From the NCBI GenBank assembly GCA_036679645.1, contig JAZDCY010000013.1, positions 1-64,000 on the forward strand: a stretch of DNA of 64,000 nucleotides, read 5' to 3'. The notes under the pieces were generated by a model. It did not search any database, was not told the DNA's origin, and worked only from the letters and a program-made list of their open reading frames with translations. Each line of letters opens with the position of its first letter. The stretch's first letter is position 1. Source of the DNA: Gemmatimonadota bacterium. GTDB lineage: Bacteria > Gemmatimonadota > Gemmatimonadetes > Gemmatimonadales > GWC2-71-9. This document shows, one piece after another, positions 37,536 through 48,555 of the stretch. A program made the position numbers and the translations under genes.

Positions 37536-39852
37536 CTAAGGAATCGGCGCCCGCTCCCGTTTCTTTAGAATGAACACGCCCTCGTGCATGCTCGAGACGA
37601 CGATCACTCCACTCTCGAAGTAGGGGTAGTTGCTCCACGACCCGGCAAATCCCGGCGCGTTCTCACCCCAGGGAACGGTGTCGAAGTACGCGACCTCTAC
37701 CGGGTTGGTTGGATCGGTGATGTCGATGATGCGCAGTCCCGACACGTAGTTCGACTGGTACATGTACCGGCCGCGCACGTACAGGTTGTGATCGCTCGCG
37801 CCGGTTTCGCCCAGGTACTCGGTCGCGAGCACCGGATCGTCCAGGTCCTCGATGTCCCATACGAGCGTGCGGGTCCGCCTGGTGGGTGTATCCGACCCCG
37901 GGATACATCCCGCGCGAGATCGGCGTCGGATGCTCCTTGTCGGTGACATCGGCAATGCCCAGGGCCGTTTCGGACGAGTTGAGACAAATCTCACGGCCCT
38001 CGTAGTCGGTATCCGGCCCATGGTACAGCACGCACTGCGCGTCGTGCGTGTACCCGGTGCCTGCGTTCCCGGTCTGTGGATCGGCGTAGCACCCGGCAAA
38101 TGTCGGATGCTCGGGATCGGCGTAGGCAAACCCCGTCTCCTCGTTGATCACGATGTTGTGCGCGGAGAAGATGCCGTCGTAGTGTGCCGTCTCGCTGAAG
38201 GTGACCGGTGGATTCGTTACCGTGCGGAGCTGAGTCAGGTCGAATATCTGTACGCCGTGCGGTCCGGCCCCATCAGCCACGATGAACGCGTGGTTCTGAT
38301 AGACTTTGATGTCCCGCCAGAGGTTCGGAGTCGCGCCCTGATGCAGCGGCAACTCGCCAAGGTAGATCGGGTTCGCGGGATCGCCCAGATCGATGAACGT
38401 GGTTGCGTCGAACCGGCCGACGATGGCGTACTCGTGCCCGGTCTCCCCGTCGGTCCATCCCCAGACGTCGCTCACCATGATGCCCCGCTTGCCGCCCACC
38501 GCGCTCACCGGGAGAAACGAGACGAGATCGACCTCTTCGCATGTGAAGATCTGTGCGGCACCATCCTCACAGTCGACCTGGCCGCCCACGATGGGCCGCA
38601 GCCCACCTTCGGTCTCGACGATCGACCCCTCCGACACCCACTCACCGTCGGCGCCGCGGCGATACACGGTACCCGTCCCCTCAAAGAAAGCCGCACCAGG
38701 CGCCCCCAGCGCCACCAGCTGCTCGCTGGCACCGATCGCCGCCCCAAAGAACGGCGCCAGGCCGCCGGCTCCCTCGTACGGGAGCTGTTGCACCTGACTC
38801 CATGCGTCGTCGGTGGCCCGGAAGACGTAGACGCTTCCCGTCCCGCTCGCGAGCGGCGCCCCGACGAGGAGATCGCTCCCCGCGGCGGCCACCGACATGC
38901 CGAACAGCGCCTGCGGGTTGACGCCGTCCGCGGTGATCGTGGCGGCGTGCTGCCACTCGTTACCGTCGAGCCGGTACTGGTACACGACGCCGGTCGCGTG
39001 TGCGGCCGGCGCCGACACGAACGCACCGCGCGGAGTGAAAGCGAGCCCTACACCGAACGTGACGACACCGTCATCCGCCGGGGTGAGGGTTGCCTCTTCG
39101 ATCCATTCATCATGGTCGTGTCTGAACACGATGACGGACCCGGTCTGGTACGCGGGCGGCGGGCCGAGCATCGAGGGAGCCGGATGCGGACCGGGAGCCC
39201 CGACAAGAACCCTGCCATCACCCAAGGCGAGCGACGCGCCAAAACGGTCGCCTGCCGTCGCGTTCGAACTCTGAAACCAGTGCTGCTGCTCCCATGATCC
39301 ACCGTCGCCGCGGTGGAACACGAACACGGTTCCGCCTTCCGGCCCACCGGGCGCCCCAACGAGCGCAAGCTCGCCGTGCACGGCCAACGCCGTGCCGAAT
39401 CCCTCGCCCTCAGCACCGCCGTCGTTGATCCGCAGCAGCGCAACCTGCACCCACGGAGCGTCGGGGCCACTGCGCTCGAACACGTACGCCGCACCGCCAT
39501 GCTCACGGTGTGGTGCACCCACAACGAGCGTGTTCCCGTACACGGCGAGCGATTGCCCGAACCCATCCCCTACCAGGAGATCCTCCGGCGCAATCGACGC
39601 CGTCTCGGCCCAACGCCCCCCCTCATTGCGGAACACGTGAACCGCACCCGTCTGCGTGGGCGGAGCTGGGAGAACGGTGGTGAAGCCGGAACGGCCCACG
39701 AATATCTCATCTCCGGCTACGGCAATCGCGGTGCCGAACCCGGTTGCCAGACCGGCGGGTCGCGTGTCGCGAGAGAACGTCTGCGCCGAGAGCGTCGCCG
39801 CGGAGAGGGTGAGCAACCATGCGCCGCAGAACGCGCGTGCGGATACCGTCAT
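37536..39852 (-). pseudogene. FG-GAP repeat / choice-of-anchor B family protein with deletions and a frameshift
   Basis: FG...LVGAP repeats, SDVWGW, WRDIK, YTHDAQC; C-terminus (DHNLYV, QSNY, GSWSNYPYF) in another frame after about 37880. Confidence 0.85.
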
Positions 39853-39970
39853 GTGTGAACCCCATTTTGAGTGTTGCGAAGCCGCTAAGTCTGTCCTCGC
39901 ACCAGGTTAGGGGCAAGGGGTGGCAGTAACGGTTCCCTTCACCCGTACTCCAAGCCAAACTTGGGAGTTC

Positions 39971-40354
39971 ATGGAGCAAGCGACGAAACCGGCCGGGTGG
40001 GCACGCGTGTGGCCCGCCGTACGACCTCCGTACTCGCGCAACTTCAGACAGGGCGCCTGGTACCCTGTCGTACGGGACGCCGAGTCGGATCGGGTCACGA
40101 TCACCATGTATGGCCGGGACGTCGATGTCCCTCGGCGGATCCTCGAGATCAGGCCGCGTCGCCCGGCGTATTTCAGCGTCGTCCTGCGCGTCGGCTACGA
40201 CGCCGATCCACGACGGAAGTCCCACCACGACCTCGGCAAGAAGTACGCGGTTTGCCCCAAGTGCGCCTGGCGCTTTGCGCTGTTCGGTCAGCCCGAGCAG
40301 AAGCAGTGTCCCAGCTGCGGCCACACGGGAGAAGTGGGGTGGTGGGAGCAGTAG
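39971..40354 (+). CDS. Hypothetical protein with C-terminal Zn ribbon
   Basis: RBS GGGAG, CPKC...CPSC. Confidence 0.7.
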   Translation: MEQATKPAGWARVWPAVRPPYSRNFRQGAWYPVVRDAESDRVTITMYGRDVDVPRRILEIRPRRPAYFSVVLRVGYDADPRRKSHHDLGKKYAVCPKCAWRFALFGQPEQKQCPSCGHTGEVGWWEQ

Positions 40355-40382
40355 GAATCTGGCCTTCCCCGGAGGAATACTC

Positions 40383-41948
40383 ATGACGTTGTCCCAAATC
40401 GCTCGCGCAGCGCCGTGTCTCCTGGCGCTCGCGTTTCCCCTCAGCGCGGCACCGGCCCAGACATTCCGGTCGGATGACCCTGTGCTGCAACGCATGTGGG
40501 TCGAGGGCATGGAGCACTCACAGACCGAACGGCTGGCGCAGGTGCTAATGGATTCGATCGGTCCGCGGCTCTCCGGATCACCGGGTTTTCACGCGGCCGT
40601 GGACTGGTTGGTTGGGACTTATGAGGCGTGGGGCGTTGCGGTACGACGCGAGCAGTACGGCACGTGGCGCGGCTGGCGGCAGGGCACGCTGCACGTGGAT
40701 CTGCTGGCGCCACGGGTGCAGACCCTCGAGGCCAAGTTGCTCGCCTGGAGCCCGGGCACCGACGGTGCCATCGAGGGCGACGTAATGGAGATTCCCGTCT
40801 TCGACACGGAAGCCGAGGTCTCCACGTGGCTCCGCGGTATTCGGGGCAAGATCATCCTGGCATCGGCTCCAGAGGCGACGTGCCGCGAACCGCAGGCGCT
40901 GGAACGGCTCGCACGGGAGGAAACCGTGCGCCGCCTCGAGGGCGCGCGGCGGAACGCGGTCTCTTCATGGGGTGCTCGGTTACGCGAACTGGGCGGCGGA
41001 CGGGTAGCCCATCAACGTCTCGAGGAGGCTGGGGCAATCGCGATCGTCACATCGCGCTGGTCCCGAGGCTGGGGCGTGAACAAGATCTTCGCCGCCTCGA
41101 CCGACCGAGCGGTCGTGATCGATCTGAGTTGCGAGGACAACGGTCTGCTACATCGGCTGGCAGCCAACGGGCAGGGGCCGCGCATCCGCATCGAGGCCGA
41201 CGCCGAGGAGCTGGGCGACGCTCCCATGTTCAACGTGATCGCCGAGCTGCGGGGCAGCGAGCTGCCCGACGAGTACGTCGTGCTGTCCGCGCATCTCGAT
41301 TCCTGGCACGGCGCGACCGGTGCAACGGACAACGGCACCGGTACCATTACGATGTTGGAAGCGATGCGCATCTTGCAGGCTACGTATCCGCGTCCGCGTC
41401 GCACCATTCTGGTGGGTCATTGGGGAGGCGAAGAGCAGGGACTCATTGGGTCGCGGGCGTTTACGGAAGACCACCCGGACGTGGTCGAGAACCTGCAGGT
41501 TGCGTTCAACCAGGACAACGGCACGTGGCGCATCGATTACATCCAAGCCCAGGGGTTCAGCAAGGCCGGCGGGAATCTCGCGCGCTGGATAGCACAAATC
41601 CCCACCGAGATCGCGTCGAACATCGAGCTGGATGTGCCGGGACCGCAGGAGTTCGGCGGCAGCGATCACATGTCATTCCTCTGTCGCGGCGTCCCGGGGT
41701 TCCGCTTGCAGTCGGATTATCCGGACTACCGGCAGTACACCTGGCACACCAACCGCGACACGTACGACAAGATCATCTTCGACGACCTCAAGAACAACGC
41801 GACGCTCGCCGCCATGCTGGCGTACCTCGCGGCCGAGGACCCCGAGCGCGTGCCGCGAGATCGGTCGGTACTCCCGCGCGATTCCCGTACGGGGCGCCCG
41901 CGCGCCTGGGCGCAGTGCCGTCCCGCACGGCGAGAGGCGCCTCGTTGA
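40383..41948 (+). CDS. M28-family secreted peptidase
   Basis: SAHLDSW, ATDNGTG, GEEQGL, SDH, WHT. Confidence 0.92.
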   Translation: MTLSQIARAAPCLLALAFPLSAAPAQTFRSDDPVLQRMWVEGMEHSQTERLAQVLMDSIGPRLSGSPGFHAAVDWLVGTYEAWGVAVRREQYGTWRGWRQGTLHVDLLAPRVQTLEAKLLAWSPGTDGAIEGDVMEIPVFDTEAEVSTWLRGIRGKIILASAPEATCREPQALERLAREETVRRLEGARRNAVSSWGARLRELGGGRVAHQRLEEAGAIAIVTSRWSRGWGVNKIFAASTDRAVVIDLSCEDNGLLHRLAANGQGPRIRIEADAEELGDAPMFNVIAELRGSELPDEYVVLSAHLDSWHGATGATDNGTGTITMLEAMRILQATYPRPRRTILVGHWGGEEQGLIGSRAFTEDHPDVVENLQVAFNQDNGTWRIDYIQAQGFSKAGGNLARWIAQIPTEIASNIELDVPGPQEFGGSDHMSFLCRGVPGFRLQSDYPDYRQYTWHTNRDTYDKIIFDDLKNNATLAAMLAYLAAEDPERVPRDRSVLPRDSRTGRPRAWAQCRPARREAPR

Positions 41949-42029
41949 TTGTCAGGATCTTGTCATGAGACTCGACCGGTTGGGGGCACGTAGGCCAGAT
42001 TGTCCCGGACACTCCTTATGGATGATTAC

Positions 42030-42782
42030 ATGCGCCTGTTGCTAGCCGGTCTCGTTGTAGCATCGTCGCTCGTTCTCACGCCCGCTGTTGCGACCGCGCA
42101 GTGGCCGCCCGACTCTCTCGTCAACCTCAAGGTGCTTCCCGAGGACATCTCGGTGCGAGAGATCGTCACCGTCATGCGCGGTTTTGCCGGCGCGCTTGGC
42201 GTACGATGCATCCATTGTCACGTGGGAGATGATCCCAATGACTTGGCATCGGTCGACTTCCCATCGGACGAAAGGATTGAGAAACAGAAGGCCCGCGAGA
42301 TGATCAGGATGGTGCGGCGTATCAACGAGGAGTTGCTGGCCGAGGTTCCCGAGCGATCTGACCCGCCCGTCGTAGTCGAATGTCGTACCTGCCATCATTC
42401 ACTCACCAAGCCGGCCGATATCCGCAACGTGCTCGTAGAGACATTCGAGGCAGACGGACCCGATGCGGCTATTGCACAATACCAGGAGCTGCGCGAGGAG
42501 TATTACGGCTCGGACAGTTACGACTTCCGGCATTTCATGCTTGCCAACGTCGCCGAGCGGGTTGCGGGTCAGAACTTGGAGGGGGCCATTCAGCTGCTGG
42601 AGTTCAACGGAGAGCTTTTTCCGGAATCCGGTCAGACGTTTTTCACCATGGCCCAGATACACCGGAGGAATGGTGACCTCGAGGGCGCGATTGGCGCTCT
42701 CGAGCGCGCCGCGGAGGCGGACCCGGAGAACGAGTTCTATCGTCGGGCCATTCAGCAGCTGCGCGCAGCAAGGAATCGCTAG
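42030..42782 (+). CDS. Diheme c cytochrome (CytoC_RC-like) plus TPR
   Basis: NLKVLP, ALGVRCIHCH, KAREMIRM, CRTCH. Confidence 0.85.
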   Translation: MRLLLAGLVVASSLVLTPAVATAQWPPDSLVNLKVLPEDISVREIVTVMRGFAGALGVRCIHCHVGDDPNDLASVDFPSDERIEKQKAREMIRMVRRINEELLAEVPERSDPPVVVECRTCHHSLTKPADIRNVLVETFEADGPDAAIAQYQELREEYYGSDSYDFRHFMLANVAERVAGQNLEGAIQLLEFNGELFPESGQTFFTMAQIHRRNGDLEGAIGALERAAEADPENEFYRRAIQQLRAARNR

Positions 42783-42845
42783 CGCAAAGTTGACATTCGG
42801 CTAGCCGGCTGGATCTTGGATAGAGTTCTATCCGAGGAGGGTATC

Positions 42846-44414
42846 ATGATTGTTCGGCTTGGGCTCGCCATCTTCGTGCTCTTCTCAGCGGTCGGGATCG
42901 ATGCTGCGCCCGCGCAAGTCGCGCCCGACCGTTTCCAGTTCCAGACCGACGAAGCGTTCGACGTCAGCGCTATCCCCGCGTACGACGCCAGCCACGACGC
43001 CATCTATCGCTACATCGAGGAACATCTCGACGAGCACCTCGCACACATTCAACGGTGGCTGCGCCAGCCGTCGGTGAGCGCGCAGAACATCGGCATCGCC
43101 GACATGGCCGAGATGCTGCGCAGCGATCTCGAGGCGCTCGGTTTTGTGGAGACGGCCCTCGTCCCGACCGATGGCCACCCCGGCGTCTGGGGATTCTACG
43201 ACGCCGGCGCGGACCGCACGCTGATGCTGTACTTGATGTACGACGTCCAACCGGTGAACCCCGAAGACTGGCGATCCCCACCCTTCGAGGCACGACTGGT
43301 CGATAGCGAGTTGGGGGAGATTCTGATGGCGCGCGGCGCCACCAACCAGAAAGGTCCCGAACGCGCCCTGTTGAACGCGCTCGAATCGATCATCGCGATC
43401 GACGGCGCCCTGCCCGTCAACCTCATGGTGGTCGCCGAAGGCGAAGAGGAACTCGGCTCGCCGCACTACCCGCAGATCATCGACCAATACGAGTCACGCC
43501 TGCGATCGGCCGACGGTGTGCTCTTTCCGTTCAACTCGCAGCGGCCGAACGGCGAGGCCGGACTGAGCCTGGGCGTCAAAGGGATTCTCTACACGGAAAT
43601 GGAAGCGACCGGAAACGAACGCGGTGGTCCTACGCGCGCAGAGATTCACGGGTCGTACAAGGCGATCGTGGATTCTCCCGTGTGGCGATTGGTGCAGGCG
43701 CTGGCGTCGCTCACGTCGCAAGACGGCAACACGATCCTCGTCCCAGGCTACTACGACCCCGTCCGCCCTCCAACGATGGAGGAGCAACGACTCATCAACG
43801 CACTCACCGTCGAGTGGAACGATGAGGGATTACAGCAGTCGCTGAGCGTCGAGCGATGGATCAATGGGATCACGGGCCGCGATGCCGTGATGCGCTACCT
43901 CTATCACCCCACGCTCAACATCGACGGCATCTGGGGCGGGTACACTCAAGAAGGGGTCAAGACGATCCTGCCGCACATGGCAACGGCGAAAGTCGACTCT
44001 CGACTTCCCTATGGCCTCACACCCGACTCGGCACTGGCGATGATTCGTCGGCATCTCGATGCCAACGGCTTCGACGATATCACCATCCGAGAGCTGTCGG
44101 GATACCCGGCATCACAAACATCCATCGAAGCCGGGCTGGTCCAGGCGGCGATCAGCGTGTTCCGGAAGTGGGGACATACCCCCTCGGTCTCCCCACGCCT
44201 CGCCGGCAGCGCCCCGTTCTACCAATTCACCGAGCGGCTCGGCCTACCCATGGTGTTCGGCGGGCTGGGCCACGGGTCTGGCGCGCACGCGCCAAACGAG
44301 TATATGGTGATCAATCCCCGCGAAGGATCGGACATCGCCGGGTTGGCAGAGATCGAGAAAGCATACGTCGATCTCCTGTTCGCGCTGGCTCGTGCCAGAC
44401 CGCGAACGGAATAG
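42846..44414 (+). CDS. M20-family secreted peptidase
   Basis: MYDVQP, ARGATNQKG, EGEEELGS, AHAPNE. Confidence 0.9.
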   Translation: MIVRLGLAIFVLFSAVGIDAAPAQVAPDRFQFQTDEAFDVSAIPAYDASHDAIYRYIEEHLDEHLAHIQRWLRQPSVSAQNIGIADMAEMLRSDLEALGFVETALVPTDGHPGVWGFYDAGADRTLMLYLMYDVQPVNPEDWRSPPFEARLVDSELGEILMARGATNQKGPERALLNALESIIAIDGALPVNLMVVAEGEEELGSPHYPQIIDQYESRLRSADGVLFPFNSQRPNGEAGLSLGVKGILYTEMEATGNERGGPTRAEIHGSYKAIVDSPVWRLVQALASLTSQDGNTILVPGYYDPVRPPTMEEQRLINALTVEWNDEGLQQSLSVERWINGITGRDAVMRYLYHPTLNIDGIWGGYTQEGVKTILPHMATAKVDSRLPYGLTPDSALAMIRRHLDANGFDDITIRELSGYPASQTSIEAGLVQAAISVFRKWGHTPSVSPRLAGSAPFYQFTERLGLPMVFGGLGHGSGAHAPNEYMVINPREGSDIAGLAEIEKAYVDLLFALARARPRTE

Positions 44415-44432
44415 ATCACTCACTCAAGGCGC

Positions 44433-45674
44433 ATGAGAATGCAGTTCCGCTCGGTGTTCATCGCAGTGTTCATCGGCACGTCGCTGATCGTTGCAGCGCT
44501 GCTGATCAATCGCGCACGCCCCGCAAGGGAAACAGATCAACCGTCCGCCGCGTTCGTGCGCGCGACTGGGAAGTGCGCTGAATGTCATGCCGAGGAGACT
44601 GGTGCCATCGTGCACCAGTACGAGCGGAGCAAACATGCTGGGCAGGGCGTCACGTGTCTCGATTGCCACCAGACGCTCGCCGGACAGGATTCGCTCGACC
44701 ACCGCGGGTTTACGATCACCATCCGACCAACGTCGCAAAACTGCAGAGAGTGTCACACGACCCAGTACAACCAATTCGTCCGGAGCCGGCACGGCGCGCC
44801 GGCCTGGGCGGCCGTCCGCGGCAGCGAGGACTTCACCGAAGAACAGATCGCGTACGCGGAAGAGTATCACGCCGGCGCGGTGCGGCGTCCCCCTAACGCG
44901 CTCGCTCTGTTGGAAGGAACCGGTGCGGCGGAGGTCGGCTGTCTCGCGTGTCACGACATTGGCCGTCCCAACGCGGACGGCTCCATCGGTCGCTGCACGG
45001 AGTGTCATGCGGCTCACTTCTCATCGGTCGCACTCGCGCGCGAGCCGGCCACGTGTGGCCAGTGCCACATGGGCCCGGATCATTCCCAACTCGAAATCTA
45101 CAACGAGTCGAAACACGGCGTGCTGTTCAACGCGCAGCGAAACATGCTGAACCTGCAGGCCGACCCTCGCACACTCTCCACCGCAGACATGTCGGTCCCG
45201 ACCTGCGCCACGTGCCACATGAGCGGCCTCGACGGGATGAAGTTCACACACGACGTGACCGAGCGACTGTCCTACTGGCTCTTCGCTGCCGTCTCCGAGC
45301 GGCGGCCGAGCTACGTACGCGGACGAGCGGAGATGATGGAGCTATGCCAGAAGTGTCACACGGCAGGACGAGTCGAGCGGTTCTACGAGGATGCAGAGAT
45401 CGTGGTAGCCGCGACGAACGAGAGAGTGCGGGAGGCACGGGATCTCTTGAACGAACTGGTCGCCGAAGGACTGGTGACCGATCGTCCGTTTGATACCCCC
45501 ATCAAGTTCCTGTACTTCGATCTGTGGCACTACTATGGTCGGACCGCCAAGCACGGCGCGTTCATGGGCGGACCGGATTTTGTCCAGTGGCATGGCAACT
45601 ATGAACTGCTGCTCCACCTCCGGGAATTGGAAGAGATTGCCGAGCGACTGAGACGCCAGCGCGCCGAGAGGTGA
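44433..45674 (+). CDS. Octaheme cytochrome c, HAO-like
   Basis: Eight CxxCH motifs; CGQCHMGPDH, YNESKHG, PTCATCHM, HGAFMGGPDFVQWHG. Confidence 0.88.
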   Translation: MRMQFRSVFIAVFIGTSLIVAALLINRARPARETDQPSAAFVRATGKCAECHAEETGAIVHQYERSKHAGQGVTCLDCHQTLAGQDSLDHRGFTITIRPTSQNCRECHTTQYNQFVRSRHGAPAWAAVRGSEDFTEEQIAYAEEYHAGAVRRPPNALALLEGTGAAEVGCLACHDIGRPNADGSIGRCTECHAAHFSSVALAREPATCGQCHMGPDHSQLEIYNESKHGVLFNAQRNMLNLQADPRTLSTADMSVPTCATCHMSGLDGMKFTHDVTERLSYWLFAAVSERRPSYVRGRAEMMELCQKCHTAGRVERFYEDAEIVVAATNERVREARDLLNELVAEGLVTDRPFDTPIKFLYFDLWHYYGRTAKHGAFMGGPDFVQWHGNYELLLHLRELEEIAERLRRQRAER

Positions 45675-46492
45675 GGGTACCGGAGACACTGAAGCAGCCG
45701 GCGGTACTGCTCGAGGTCTTTATCGCCGCGAACTTCGCGTTCCTATCGCTCGACATCTACCTAGCGCACTCCATCAATCGTTTCCGGCACTGGGCGGAAT
45801 GGGTTCCGTTCTGGTACTCCATCCTGGCCACGATTGCGCTTGCACCCGGTGTGTGGCGTGCGGTTACTGGATCCAATAACTCCGCCCGAAGGCGCACGGG
45901 GCTGGCCGTGGGTGCCGGTGCGATCATCGTCGGGATCGTCGGCATGCTCCTCCACCTCGAGAGTCATTTCTTTGGGATTCAGACGCTGCGGAGTCTCGTG
46001 TACATGGCGCCATTCGTCGCACCGCTCGCGTTCGCCGGTCTCGGGTTCCTCCTTCTCCTGAACCGAATGGAGGATCTCGCAGGGAGACCGTGGGCGCAGT
46101 GGGTGATCTTCCTGGCGTTGGGGGGGTTCGTCGGGAACTTCGTTCTCGCGTTGCTGGACCACGCGCAGAATGGGTTCTTCCTCACCACCGAGTGGATTCC
46201 GGTGGTCGCGAGCGCCTACGGGATTGGGGCGCTACTCGTGGTGCTGATGCGACCGGACGACGGGCGCGCCATGCGCTTCGCGATGGCAATGCTGGCGCTG
46301 CAAGTCGTCGTCGGTCTGGCCGGCTTCCTCTTCCACGGGACCGCAAACCTCGCTGGACCCGGCGGAGCACGGGAGAACTTTCTCTACGGCGCGCCCATCT
46401 TCTCACCGCTGCTCTTTCCCAACCTCGCCGCGCTCGCGGGTCTCGGTCTCATCGGCCTGGCGCGAACGAGAACCAGTTACGAGATACGTTGA
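45671..46492 (+). CDS. 8-TM membrane protein with internal duplication
   Basis: GTGA overlap with the octaheme gene; AHSINRF..EWVP / DHAQNGF..EWIP; APFVAP / APIFSP. Confidence 0.8.
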   Translation: MRVPETLKQPAVLLEVFIAANFAFLSLDIYLAHSINRFRHWAEWVPFWYSILATIALAPGVWRAVTGSNNSARRRTGLAVGAGAIIVGIVGMLLHLESHFFGIQTLRSLVYMAPFVAPLAFAGLGFLLLLNRMEDLAGRPWAQWVIFLALGGFVGNFVLALLDHAQNGFFLTTEWIPVVASAYGIGALLVVLMRPDDGRAMRFAMAMLALQVVVGLAGFLFHGTANLAGPGGARENFLYGAPIFSPLLFPNLAALAGLGLIGLARTRTSYEIR

Positions 46493-46539
46493 TCTCTTGT
46501 TTGCGCTCGCCCGCCTCCTTCTTCCTCTATGTGGGGGTA

Positions 46540-46893
46540 GATACCGCGTTGAAGAATCTCGGAGCGTGACCGCAGCGGTTCGCTCGCCCGTCCGGTGGGC
46601 GACTTCCAGCGCTTCGTCGATTGGGGAGGCGGGGTGGATCTGTACGGATTCTTCGCGCTCGCGACGACTTCACGCCCGCGCTCCGTATCGGTACCGGAAC
46701 GCTGATGAGCCTCACGAACGGCAGGCACCCGGTGTCACTCGATTTTTCGGTGCAGTCGACCTATAACGGCGAAGCAGAATACCTGCGGCGCGGCGGCGTG
46801 CGCGACAACCCCGACGGCTCCATCACCGTCTTTCCCATTAGGAGCGACGCCAACCTGTTGAGCTTCCGAGTCGGGGTGGCAGTCAGGCTCTAG
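46540..46893 (+). pseudogene. Fragment of an outer-membrane beta-barrel-like gene
   Basis: C-terminus YNGEAEYLRRGG...LLSFRVGVAVRL without a credible start. Confidence 0.4.
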
Positions 46894-46899
46894 CGGCAG

Positions 46900-47965
46900 C
46901 TATCTCCCAATCCTGACCGGCACGCGCTTCGCACCCCACGCTCCCGGTGCGCCAGCGAACACCCCGGCGCACGGCGTCCCGCACGCAGCGCAGCGCCCGT
47001 CTTCCGTCAGGTTCCAGTCATGCAGCACATACCAGTCACGAGCGATGAGCGTCTTCCCGCAGGCGTGACAGACGGTGCTTCCCCCATTCAGATCGTGGAC
47101 GTTGCCCGTGTAGGCGTAGCGTACACCGTTGCGCACCGCGATCTCCCGCGCCCGCGTGAGCGTGGCAGCCGGCGTCCGCGGGATATCCAGCATCTTCCAG
47201 TCCGGATGAAATGCCGTGAAGTGCATCGGCACATCGGCCCCAATGTGCTCGAGCACCCAAGTGGTCATCCGGTCGATCTCGTCGCCCGAGTCGTTGTGCC
47301 CGGGAATGAGGAGCGTGGTGATTTCGAACCAGACGTCGGTCTCGTGCTTCAGATACACCAGCGTGTCGAGCACCGGCTGCAGGTGCGACTTCGTGGTGGT
47401 CCAGTAGAAGTCCTCGGTGAACGCCTTGAGGTCGACGTTGGCCGCATCCATGTAGGAATAGAATTCTCGACGCGGTTCCTCACACACGTATCCTGCGGTC
47501 ACGGCAACCGCCTTGATGCCGTGCTCCCGACACGCCTGTGCGACGTCGATGGCGTACTCGTGGAAGATCACCGGATCGTTGTACGTGAACGCGACGCTGC
47601 GGCACCGCCAACACTTCGGGGGACGCCGCGTCGGCCAAGGTCTGGGTTTCCCGTGACTTGCTGATATCCCAGTTCTGACAGAACTTGCACCCCAGGTTGC
47701 AGCCTGCCGTCCCGAAGGAGAGCACGGGCGTCCCCGGCAGGAAGTGGTTCAGTGGCTTTTTCTCGATCGGGTCGACGCAGAACCCGCTCGACCGGCCGTA
47801 CGTAGTGAGAACGATCTCCCCGTCCTGCCGCATGCGCACGAAACACATGCCGCGCTGTCCTTCACGCAGCTTGCAGTACCGCGGACACAGATCACACTGC
47901 ACCCGGCCGTCGTCGAGCGCATGCCAGTACTTGGTCGGGACGACCGACGAGACGAGTTCCGTCAC
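46900..47965 (-). pseudogene. amrS: AmmeMemoRadiSam radical SAM enzyme, frameshifted near 47605
   Basis: VQCDLCPRYC, DPIEKKPL, CNLGCKFC; AFTYNDP and NVDLKAF in another frame. Confidence 0.88.
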
Positions 47966-47968
47966 GCG

Positions 47969-48547
47969 TCAGTCATCCTCACTCCACGCCTCGCACTCGA
48001 ACCCGTATAGTTCGCTCGTCGATTCCCGCCACGCTTCGTCGGTCAGACCGGCCTTCTGACAGGTGGCGCGCAGAAAGGCGGGGACATCCCACTCGTGCCG
48101 CTCGGCGACTTCCGGCAGGAGAAGCCCCGACCCACGCGGGCTTACGATCATGAGGCCGTGGCGGCCCGTCACGATGGCGTCTGGCGCGAGACGTACCAGC
48201 GGCGTGAGCGCGTTGATGTCGATGCTAATGTCAGGCAATTCGCGTGAGGTCACCGGCTCAAACCGGGGATCGTCCGTTGCCGATGCGATCGCCATGTGCG
48301 CGACCGAGTCGGCAAGCGGCTGGCGCGGCCGCACCTCGCCGCGACACCCGCGTAACTCGCCGGTGTCACGACGGCGCAGCGTCACGAACGCGGCGCGATG
48401 TTCCTGGAGAGCGGGCGCAACTGTCTTGGGCCGTGGGCGTCGCCCGTGTGCCAGGTACTCCGAGAGCGCCGTTCGGGCAATGCGCAGCAGCACCTGTCGA
48501 TCGTCAGCCCCGAGCAGAGGCCGTGACGAGTGCGCGGTATCCATCAT
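47969..48547 (-). CDS. amrA: AmmeMemoRadiSam protein A (AMMECR1)
   Basis: AFVTL, LRGCRG, DPRF, GLLLPEV, CQKAG. Confidence 0.9.
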   Translation of the reverse strand: MMDTAHSSRPLLGADDRQVLLRIARTALSEYLAHGRRPRPKTVAPALQEHRAAFVTLRRRDTGELRGCRGEVRPRQPLADSVAHMAIASATDDPRFEPVTSRELPDISIDINALTPLVRLAPDAIVTGRHGLMIVSPRGSGLLLPEVAERHEWDVPAFLRATCQKAGLTDEAWRESTSELYGFECEAWSEDD

Positions 48548-48555
48548 GGGCTCCT

